In this document: in pieces, positions 13,701-24,069 of the stretch
Layout of the letters: the number at the start of each line of letters is the position of its first letter
How positions within the stretch are numbered: the first letter of the stretch is position 1
From: Trichosphaerium sp. ATCC 40318
Taxonomy: Eukaryota; Protista; Tubulinea
Length of the DNA: 56,927 nt
Direction: 5' to 3'
Assembly (NCBI GenBank): GCA_038496445.1
Contig: JALMLS010000244.1
Span: 1 to 56,927 of the forward strand
The notes under the pieces: model-generated
Databases searched by the model: none
What the model was told of the DNA's origin: nothing
What the model saw: only the letters and a program-made list of their open reading frames with translations
Made by a program: the position numbers and the translations under genes

Positions 13701-13836
13701 CATTGACTATAAGCACGAAGACTTTATTACAGCTATGGTAGATATGGCTGATCTTCATATACTTTGTTCAGAACAACGAATGCTTGCATGGAAGGAACTA
13801 GAAGAATCTTTAAACGCAAACCCACCACCCTATTAG
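10701..13836 (+). CDS. Sorting nexin (PX + BAR-like) with an N-terminal CBM20-like domain
   Basis: PX: WVVYSV...VERRYSDFLWLRDRL...MPPLPRK...RKKLLQIFLQRIANHRALSKSKDFKKFL. Helical BAR-like C-terminus (DPWFQ...WKEL). N-terminal VSILG..DDW...W...FNYKY...DQW. Confidence 0.85.
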
Positions 13837-14028
13837 ATAGAAAAATAAACACGAGAATCCTCAAACAAAGTCACTTACCCATTGCCTCAATGTGAATTTT
13901 GTTGCAAGTTGGATTGAGTACTTCTTTTAGAGCGTTTTTGACATGATAAAAACTCAGTTTAAGGTTACATTCCAACTTAGTAAATTACTATGAATCAACA
14001 GAGAATTATTTTCTTTATTGTTATGAAA

Positions 14029-15090
14029 CTACTGACCTGGGAAGTCGCAACATGGTATGCCGCAAATATACAGGGTTTGCATAGGTGCTGGTCTCCTTTT
14101 TCTTTTTCTTCTCCTTGTCTTCTTTGTTGGCTCTTCAGTTCCTTCTTTCTTATCATTTTTTTCCTTCTCTGACTTTTCGTCTTTGTCAACTTCCATTGCA
14201 TCGTCTTTTGTATTCTCCTTCTGTGCTTCCTCTTCCTTAGCCTTCTCCGCTGCTTCCGTTAACTCTTTTTCATGCGCTGTATCGTAGCGCTCGGCAATGA
14301 AACCATCAAGTTCCTTGAGACATTCGTTGACATCTACTCTAAGAGCATTGTATTCAGCAATATCATTTTCTTTGTAGTATTCTTCAAGTGCTTCATCAAG
14401 ATTCTTTCGAAATATTTGCAAAGCAATAACGAATATCTCTTCAGATAGAACTCCGTTATGTTCTTTTGCGATATCTACGATCGTATCATAATGAGTGCAT
14501 AGCTGATTAAGTGATCCAGTGAACACAGGGCTTAGAAACTAAAAAGCGTTAGTTTTTTGAATGACATGATTGATGAATAAGTCAACGTTAAAGAATGAAC
14601 TTCGATCTGCTTCAAAAAAAAAAAATAACTAGTCAACTCGATGAGTTTAATGTGTTATATTTGAGTACATATTACCTTATCATCTCCTATGATTGGTTGG
14701 TTTATAAAATACTTTTCAATTTCACCCATTCTATCAATTATCGAATCACGCGTTGGTATTTCATCCTCCATACTTGTAGAAATAAGTGTACTTGTTCAGT
14801 TTCTTATTGTGTTGCGTTGATGATTAGTTAAAAATAAAATGAGCAGATTGATTGAAAACCAAAAAAAATGAAGGTTACGAGTTAAGTGGCAGTAAGCAGG
14901 AATTGAACCCGCACGATATGCAATTTCGCCTAACAGATAGCGTCAACCATGACAAGGTGAACCACCACTAGTGGCCTTCAAACGAAATCTGTCCCTGCAA
15001 TTGATCCAACTGCAAGTGAATGTAACCTGTAAAAACTTTCCAAAACACAACGTTCTTTACCACAAGTTGTACGTGCATGCAGCTAGACAT
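14029..15090 (-). CDS. Hypothetical protein with an in-frame TGA in a CxxU-like context (candidate selenoprotein); acidic/basic C-terminus
   Basis: Phase-consistent splicing: MSSCMH|VTFTCSWINCRDRFRLKATSGGSPCHG*RYLLGEIAYRAGSIPAYCHLT|QTEQ|FLSPVFTGSLNQ... into the 165-aa ORF. TGA at 14943-14945. Confidence 0.5.
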
Positions 15091-15234
15091 GTGATTTGTA
15101 GTGAAGCTGTGACATTAAGCGAACTTTCAGGCAATGACTGTTTTTGACATTTACGTTTCCGCCTATCATTGTTACTTCCTTTAGCCTAGACCTCTTACAT
15201 ACCAAATAAACCACATTATATTAACCTACGTGTC

Positions 15235-17926
15235 ATGTGGGGTGTAACGCAGGTATGCATTTAAACCGTTTTATTCACATTGTAATTATCTCAGGCGCTT
15301 GGTGATTTGACTGGAACATCGAAACAACCTTCAAGACGCGTAGAATTGACAAAACCTCTCAAAGATGTTCAAAACAAGATTTTACGCGTTGCCGAAGGCT
15401 CAGTTCTTGTGTGGGACGCTCAAATATCGTTTGAAGACATAGACGATCCTAGGTTGGCAACGTTACCAATAATCGCGTCTTTACCAGCCCTAGACTGTGG
15501 AATGGTAAATTAGATTTTGTGCCTTTACAGCCAAACCGCATTTCAGACGCTCTCGCTTTTATAAGCCGAACAAAGCACCAAAACATCGTCTTTTATATCC
15601 GTACGGAGTGTCAAGTGTCATACGTATACTTAACGGCTGGAAAGAGGTGGCTTGTGGCGTGTGGGCAAGTTGTGTCAGCCAGATTTTGTCGTTAAGAGAT
15701 TGGGATACTATTACCACTTTTGTTGGTATTCCACCAACGTTACCTTGGCCTGGTCCAACACCTGCAAGTGCGTACATGCAATATATAAATAGCAATCGCG
15801 TTAGGGTAAGCTCTAAACGTCATAATAGCTATAATGCCTTTGTATGACTTCAAGGATCCAGATGTAATGCTTTTCAATTATTGGCAGCCTGATTGCATTC
15901 CACCAATCATTATAGCTCACGACCTAGCGTCAGCATTGAATCCTCTTGGAAAGTAAGTACCACATATACCATTTCATTGGCCTCCAGTCTAATTGAAGTA
16001 GAATTGAGCCAACCAACGTACCACAACCACTAGTAGTATGTTTAACATGTCACCTGTCAAAAAGTATTCACTTGCCCTTCTTAGAAATACACAAAACGAG
16101 CATCAACTGGTTTATTAAAACTATTTGCATCTCTTGATATAGCCGTAGACTGTTTCGCTCTTGGGCCTGCAGCCAAGGTGTTTGGCTATTCGTTAAGAGA
16201 ACGACTTGCTTTTGAACCACCCGCAAGCACAGCTAACAGAGTTTCCTTTGTTATCATTGATCGAGTACACAAACCTATATCAGCAACATCTAATAGCATA
16301 CAGGGAATAGATTTGGTGGCACCTATCGAATCTGCTACATTGCTGGACAAAGTACAAATGATGGCCAATGCACGCTCTCAAAACGTAATGATTGCGCTAA
16401 AACTTTTTTCTTAGGGTGAAAAGGCACCCACGTGGCTTCACATGAATAAACATGTAGAAAAAGACTATAAACTTGATGAATCTGTTCCTACACCATCTGT
16501 GTATATACAAAATCTATTAGAGGGTGTGAATACTGATGATGTCTTGGCAAAGCTCTCAAAGAGGCTCGAACTCAAAAAACAAGCACAGGTAATCACAAGT
16601 AATTGGTAAATTGTCTTTACATTATTTAGTTGCAAGAAGCTCCACTAGCAAGGCTCTCACAAGCTCTTGAAATACTCTCTGAAAGTAATGGGACTGCGTA
16701 CCAAGATGTAGATGCTGTTTCGTGGGCTACACTCGCAGCTTGGGCTGCTTATAAAGAAGGTACAATAAAATGCCACAATGCGAAGTGTCATTAATCTTTG
16801 TTGGTGTTAGACACAGTACCATTTTTAAAACGCAGACGCAATGTCATTGATGCAGTGATGCGTTATGATACAAAAGAGAATGCTATTCAACGCCTTATTA
16901 CAGCCCTGAAGCAAAATGGTACTTTCGGTTTTTTTGTTTGGAATTTTGTAACTGATTAAGCTTCGATGTCCCCCAACTTACTTATGTATAGCACCAATGG
17001 TCACTACGGATATTCTTTTGTGTAGCATCCTTGCATTTTCTTTACATGGAGCTAAAGACATATCTTGGGATGAGCAAAGAGATCTTAAGGTTTTTTTGGT
17101 GGAAGCTCTAATTTCTAAGGACCAAAGTGATGCTGTGCGAGAATTTGCTTTATTTCAAAAACTCATGTCTCGTAGGATAAATGGTTACTTGGGGATGCAC
17201 TAGCAAAAGACTTAAAAGCATTCTGGGATAGCAAGGGAGAAACAGAAGTATTTACTTAATTCTGTAATAAAGTTCGCTCAGCCTTTTTAGGAAAACCACG
17301 TGGCTCAACAAATACGTCTCGTAGTTGAGGATAAAGTTGATGATGTACTTTCGAAGCTTATGGCTGTAAAAGATGCTCGTAAAGACTTGAGACAATACAG
17401 GCATGTGGAAAGTTGTATAGAAGTTGACAGACTAACTGTTTTATAAAGGAACTTACATCCAGGAAAATACGAAAGTGTAATTTCTCAATTCATATACGAT
17501 TTGCTAGACCCTCGCAAACCTGAGCTACTTGGAGTAAAGCCTATAGCCTCAGTATCTATAAGTGGATTGCTTAACAGAGGGTTTAGTAGCTTAGGTCTAA
17601 AGAACAGAGATAGACCAACAGACAACAAAGTTGTATCCTTTTTTCGTTTGGTTTCTAGAAACTGTTGTTAACACTACAGTCTTCTTTCTATTTATCTATC
17701 CTTAACAGATCAGATAATTCTTCATTTTATTGGTGGCATATCTTGGAGAGAAATTTACGATATAAGAAAGGCAGCAAAAGATAAAGAAGAACACCAGGCA
17801 CGTTTTTGATGTTTTCTTCTAATTTTCTCGTTTACTTCTACAAAAATAACTGTACCACAGATAATAATAATGGCGGATATAATCAATAAACCTAAGCAAG
17901 TGCTACAGTCCCTTTTTTGCAAGTAA
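15235..17926 (+). CDS. SCFD2: Sec1/Munc18-family protein, SCFD2/MIP3-like
   Basis: VSFVIIDR, then DLLDPRKPEL...SGLLNRGFSSLGLK...RPTD..IILHFIGGISWREI...IIIMADIINKP, resembling the SCFD2 C-terminus; many short introns. Confidence 0.7.
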
Positions 17927-18628
17927 AGTATAATAATAAGATTTATCACCAAAACCTCTGACGATTAAAAATACATACTTACTTTCTATACTGGGAACTC
18001 ACGTACTATTCTGTTTCATATTATTCTCCATGTACATTATACACCATCAAATTTAGTGTCGTGGCTATCTGTAACAAGTGTATATCAGAATAAGTAAAGT
18101 CTAATAGCGAAATCACAGCTTTTTTATTTCCTCAGATTTATTTATTGAACTTTTAAATAGAATTTCCCATATTTTTCCATTCGAGAATCGTACACGATTG
18201 TCTTGTCATTTTTCCTCACAAGCGTCACTACGTAATGGTAAGATTTTAATTTGTAAAGGTTTCTGTTGGTAACACCACAAACAAGAAATGTGAAACTACA
18301 ATTGCATCCACAACTTTGATTGTAGCGTCTAACGCTGTTGATACAAAAACGAGATTTAGGCCCAAGTATTTCTCTGCTCAATTTTTAACAAGGGTAACCT
18401 ATCTCTACGCAGTGCGAGTAAGAAAGCAGATATTGGCGTAAATAGGTTTAAAGAAAAGCGGCTTCTGAAACGCACAAACTACAAGGCACCACGGTGTTAT
18501 GAATTATATCGCGATTTGTAGAAAAGAAGACTGGCCAAGAAGCGCTCTGCTATCTAAAAACTAACGTCAGCATGATACACCATACTAGAATATGTTAACA
18601 CGTTCGCGTTCATGGTTACTGCTGAATA

Positions 18629-18837
18629 TACCATCCGTGTTCTGCTAAGGATGATTACTCACATTGAATGAAGTAAATTGTGCAGGTAGCACCTAGCTAT
18701 GTACAGTATGTGTCAATCAAAACGTTGGGGAGCTAAATATTCGCGTAGATACGTCGATAACCTTATACGTATCGTAGACACGCTAGCGCAGGTACATAGC
18801 TCTTTTTTTTTTTTGGCGTGAATCCGTGTTCATTCAT
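18629..18837. repeat. Rearranged copy of ~25530-25740 (one direct block plus one inverted block)
   Basis: 18629-18681 matches 25679-25740 directly (ccatccgtgttctgcta...cacattgaatgaagtaaattgt). 18688-18797 is the near-identical reverse complement of 25568-25677, with weaker similarity to ~18837. Confidence 0.9.
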
Positions 18838-18937
18838 TGGAATAATGATACTTGTCTTAAAAGATTAAACTTAAATTCGGATCGTGTCTTCTTGATATCA
18901 ACTCGTCAAGACTACTTTACCACCTGACAATACCGAC

Positions 18938-19516
18938 ATGAGCACAAACAACAGGTGCGGCTCACAGCGACGCTTTTGCGCGTTTGTAACACGTCATTTA
19001 GAAGAGTCAGACCTAAGAAGTATACACCAATTATTGTAACCCAAGAAGAAAGAGAGTACGTTGACGTCCAATTCTAATTTTATTTGTGCTTGTTTTGTGA
19101 TATTAACCTTTGGTCCATAGAATGATGACAGGGCTAAGACCCAAGCCAAAATACAAACTACTGGTGCGAGACCAAGTTACTCTAGGTTCTTAGTCTTTTT
19201 GTTTTTGTAGTTCCCGCCGACAGATGTTATTTTGGCCGGTTTCTCGCTACAGAAGTTTATTGTGAAAGAGCTGAACGAAAAGTCAGCAACCGTTTTAAAA
19301 ACGAGAAGTAACATCCACTTTAAAACCCTACAGAGGTGGTTACAGTTTATGCGAGACGACCCTAAAGCTGTCTTGCTAAGAAATGCGATAAGAAAACCAG
19401 TTATCAACGAGCTCTTGAAACAACGCAACGACTTATATCACCAAAGGGGAGCTTTTAACCTGGACATAATGCAGGAGTGTGTTGATATAATTGTTCGTGT
19501 CCTCAATGAACAATGA
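18938..19516 (+). CDS. Small stand-alone HEPN-like protein, family B member 1 (intact RNxxxH)
   Basis: Four exons in phase; last exon ...TLQRWLQFMRDDPK...INELLKQRNDLYHQRGAFNLDIMQECVDIIVRVLNEQ*; AATAAA just downstream. Confidence 0.7.
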
Positions 19517-20391
19517 GTTTGTAGAATAAACGTATTATATTTATGGTTCACAAAGTTGTATTTGCTGCCTGTGTGTTTACTTGCTTTTCAAGCAGTACGA
19601 GTAGTTGACGACATGTTCAATTGAGTTACTCACAGGCTTGGTGAAAGACCATTTGAATAGGTTGAACGACCCGCATACGCGTATGAAAAACGATTATGTC
19701 AAATAAGTGGAACGGCCAACCACGTAGCGTGCTATAAGATCACGTTATAAGTGCATTGCTACCAGAACAATAAACTCTCCTTAGGTCGAACTTGAAGGAT
19801 TTGGCATGGAACATGGGTAAAACAATTTTAATGACAATCCGTTTATTAGTTTGTTATTGTTCACCAAAACATTAGGCCAGGTTATGAGTAATGACAAATA
19901 AAAATGGAATTTGTCCGTCGTCTTTTTTATCAACAATCCTATGTCATTACCTTCCATTACACTTCCAGTTTGTACGATACCGGCACCAGAGAAAACGTTT
20001 TGCGATTTGTAACGTGCGTATTGGTGCAAATGTAGACAGCCGCTGCCGCCTTTACTGAGAATAGCGTCTTCGTCAATCTCAGGCAGCTTCTACGCGTGAG
20101 AGAGTGTTTTCACTAGCCTTGAAACTACGTTAAAGTACACAGTTGGTTCTAAACAATCGCTATTAACATTTTAAAACAGTGTAATGCCGTGGTGTTGGAA
20201 TAGCTGAAAAAAGCGAACAAAGCTAAAAGAAAAAGGACGACAGACAACCCTGGTGTTTTCTACAAAATAACACCCTTTGCTTGTAATATTATTTATTGAG
20301 TTTTTTTTCGTTCATGGAGGTTTTTTTTTCTCCGCAAGTTAACAAGTATGATAATAATAAAAGGTAAAAAGGCGTGTTGAAAAACACACAA

Positions 20392-20982
20392 TTACTTAGA
20401 ACGTCTTGTATTTGCTACAACGGTATAAGTTATAAAGTGAGAATGAAATGACTTGCCTAAGCGTTGGACTATCCTAGCACGGCCTGGATTAATTATAGAG
20501 ACCAGAGCGGAACAGTCGTCAAGCAGAGCTTGACTATTGCCACAACGACTGTGAACTACATCACCTCGTTTTTGCGATATATTATGCATTAGTCGTTCGG
20601 CTGTGCTGGGAGCTATAGCGTTGGACACTAGGAATGTGACCATCAAATACCATATTTCCTTATTAAAGAAGAATTCGCAGTACCACCCACAAAAATCTAG
20701 AGAGCTTAGCATTGGTAGGCCTTCAGGCAAGTACTTTTGCAAGCACATCACGGCACTAAGAAATGCTTCACGGATCTCTATCATCATGAGAGTGTACCTG
20801 GACCAATAGTCAATGTCAAAATTATTTGACTCGCAAAACTTAAGTGAGGCTACGAATTCATTGTTTTGCAGTGCAATAGAGAAAGACGCCAAAGTTAAGT
20901 GCCTGCTCTAGCTTATAAAAGAAGGTCACTAGCGCTAGAATGCCATGTACCAGCTGACCGTTCGCACCAACTTTTATCCCAT
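20392..20982 (-). CDS. HEPN-like family A member 2 (single domain); start uncertain
   Basis: FCESNNFDIDYWSRY...YLPEGLPMLSSLDFCGWY...NISQKRGDVVHSRCGN...LDDCSALVSIINP; possible GC-AG terminal intron at the position conserved in paralogs. Confidence 0.7.
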
Positions 20983-21150
20983 TTAAAAAAGTGAAGTTAG
21001 GTTAAGTGCCGTGTCAGCAGGTGAACTGCTTATTAATGGGTTGTCGTAAATTGCTGGGTTTTATTGTGATTATATAGAAACAGTAACTCTTATTACAAAG
21101 GTTTCGATTGCAGAAGGATTAAAAATTGTATTGGCTCAAAAGCACAAAAA

Positions 21151-23182
21151 TTATGCTTGCTTTGCTTTTGCAGTGTAACCCAAGTGTAAACCTTGAGCAA
21201 CCAACATACCAAACCCTGCAATGGCAGCAGGCACACCAATTACCAGGGAAGAAACCTACAACTGGAGTCAGTAATGTACTGCAGTAGGTAGTCTCCTTTT
21301 TACGTACCAGAGTATTAGTAGGATCTACTAGACCGCTGGCAGCAACGCCGACGGAAGTGATTGTGAAAGCGGCAACAAATGATATGAAAGAAATACCATA
21401 GCTAACAGCGCCAGCAGGCGCACTAGTACTCTCTGGTGCAGATTGAATCGGAGCTGGTGTAGGCGATGAAGTATCACTGACAGCATTTTTTGCTTCAGCA
21501 AGGGCAGACACGAGATACTCTTTAACTTTTGCGGCTTTCTCTATTGCACTACAAAAAAATTAACAGAGCGTCCTTACATAGCCACGTGATGGTACCTTAG
21601 GGAACTATCCGCTCCACAATATTGTTTAAAATCGGCGTCAAACAATGTAGAAAGTTCAGTTGCTATGCTATCTTGACCGCCAGCTACAGGTGCTTCAACA
21701 GGTGCTTGTGACTTAGACTGAGCCTTCTAGAAACCAGTAAAACAAACGAATTCTGTGGTTTGTTTTTCGTACGTACAGCTTTCTTCAACGACGCTTGTAA
21801 TTCAGAAATTGTTTGCTCCTTTTCGGCATTTTCTGTGGTAATACGCTTCAACTCCTCGTCTTTAGCATGAAGGACACTTGATTGTTCTTCAAGAGCAGCT
21901 GTGTTACGTTCCAACGCTTCTTGCATTGCTTCAACATCTTCTTTAAGTTCATCGATTTCGCTAGTATCAACTGGAGCTGCTGGGGCAGCTTTTACTTCTT
22001 TAGGCTTTTCTTGTTTGCTTAATTCTGCATTTTCTGCTCGGAGATTATCTAATTCTTTTTGTAGCTTTGCTACAGTCTCATCGCGTTTCTTTAGTTTATC
22101 CTCATTTTCCTATCACATCAGTTGTTAGAAGGATAACTCGTGTAAAATTAAGAAAAACGTTTTTCGAAGCGTCAAAAGTTTGAAACGGCTGATTTTGGTG
22201 TTTTTAGACGCACCTGTGCACGTGTGAAGGCATCAGAGTGTTCTTGGGTCACTTTGTTAAGAAGTTGTCGGAGTTCTTCCGTTTCAGAAGTTTTAGAGCC
22301 GCTCTTTAGCTTGGACTTGCTTGGTTGTTTTTTTGGCTTTGGCTTTTTATCTTTACTGCTTGTCTTTGGACTAACATGCTTGGAGCTGGTTTTCTTTTCT
22401 AATTTCTTTGATGAATCTTCCTCTGGTTCTGCTTTAGCTTCAGTTTCAGCTTCGCTTTTTTTTAATTCATCATCTAAGCTATCTCCAAAATACTAAAAAT
22501 ATGCTTAATACATGCACGCCATCATTTTGTAACTTTGTAGAACGATAAAAAACAAACAATTGGATTGTGACATTTTCTCGGTACCTTGATCGATACTTTG
22601 AGTTCTCCGGATACCTTATCCTTATCCTTACGTTTTCTAAGCGTTTGCCAACCACTTACTTCATCTACAAAATAATTAATAAATTAATGATAATTATTGT
22701 TGTTTCCAAAAAAAATGTGAGTAACAAGATCGTACGTTTCATTAAATATGCTACTTTGAAGGAGAGTTGCCCCTGTAGTAAAGCGGTTACTTAGATACCC
22801 GAAAAAACAAAAAGGTCAATAATGACGCTATACCATGAAGTCTTTCCCAAACGCGTCGTCGTCCCACATAAGGAGGTTAATTTCGCTGTCTTCAGATACG
22901 CGACTCATCGGAACTGCAAACGATTCCTACGCGCAATTAGCAACGGCTATACACCCCCACACAACGGGTAAAGCGTATACGCACATTAAAGATTGGGGTC
23001 AGTGTGTTGGGAATGATTTTCGTTTTATCGATCTTTTTAGACCCCACTCTGATGTTAACATACGGATCACTTGTGCCTATGCAAGTTATTAGTTTTTACA
23101 GGTAAAACAAAAACGTACCATCACTATCGTGGGCGTAAAGATCGCGGCCTTCGATAATCCTAATTAGAAACCCTCCGCTCAT
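21151..23182 (-). CDS. C2-domain, coiled-coil protein with two C-terminal TM segments and a KxKxx tail
   Basis: MSGGFLIRIIEGRDLYAHDSD...SDPYVNI...KTKIIPNTLTPIFN...LLMWDDDAFGKDFM (C2 with acidic loops); K/E-rich coil; hydrophobic segments; ends GYTAKAKQA*. Confidence 0.8.
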
Positions 23183-23435
23183 TTGTTGGTTGAGGTGTTG
23201 TGGCAAAGAATGAATAATAATTCAAAATAAAGCGGGTCTCTATAAGTAAACAATATGGTTGACGTCACTTGTGTGCGCACTAACACGAGTGTATGTCAAC
23301 TAAAAGCTCTTCAATGTTTCACTGATTAATGCTGATGTGGACAGTTGATAAAATATTCTGCAAGGAGTACAAAGAAATAAGGCAACAATACTAATGTCGT
23401 TACTTTATTTTAATTGAAATCAAACTGATACGAGC

Positions 23436-23978
23436 TCACGCAACGCGGAGTATTATATGTACACCGGAAGAAGTGTCACAAACTTCACTAATTTGTCCAA
23501 CTTTAAGAGCGAAACTACACTACGGTTAATACGTACTACGCGTAAAGATTCACGTACGAGGCTTGTTCGAAAGGTAGATGCATTTCACCTGAGTAAAAGT
23601 AAGAAAACATGCTCTAATTAAACAAAAAGCGCGCCTCTGCCAAAGAAACCTAAATCACCACCTCTTTTGGCTGACGAGCAATCGCTGAACTCTTTGGCAA
23701 TGTCAACAAATTGTTTTTCCCCAGATGTTATTTGAGCGCGATAGCCTACGTCTGTGAGTGATACTTGGCATAACTGGAACGTTTAGAGCCGGAGTAGTTC
23801 CGTTACCTTTTAATATTTCTAAAGCTTCGTCCTTGGTTCTAGTTACATTGTCTTGGCGCCAACTACGTGGGTTTCTATACAAAAACGTCCATTAATAGAT
23901 GCAATGTCCCTCAAGCACTCCTTACCGTACGGCGTTGTGTTTAACTAGAATATGGGAGCAGCGTACTTTGGTTGTCAT
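23436..23978 (-). CDS. PIN1: Parvulin-type peptidyl-prolyl isomerase, Pin1-like without a WW domain
   Basis: Five exons: MTTKVRCSHILVKH..RNPRSWRQ..TRTKDEA...[54 protein letters not shown]; one GC-AG intron. Confidence 0.95.
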
Positions 23979-24069
23979 TTGATTACTCTTGCACTGAAAC
24001 TTAAACATGGATAATTTAAGTGAGATGATTTTATTATACAGTTTTCTTTTTTTTTTTGACATTTAACGC

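Noticed and set aside
14886-14968. tRNA gene
   Set aside because: A T-arm-like hairpin is present, but no convincing D-arm, anticodon arm or matching 7-bp acceptor stem.
21200-21280. SH3-like 'GFFPGNW' / Cys-rich tail in ORF 21119-21511
   Set aside because: This is read-through into an intron and the wrong frame; splicing gives a TM segment ending AKAKQA*.
23588-23634. GC-AG intron in Pin1 as a novelty
   Set aside because: GC-AG is a well-known minor variant of U2 introns.
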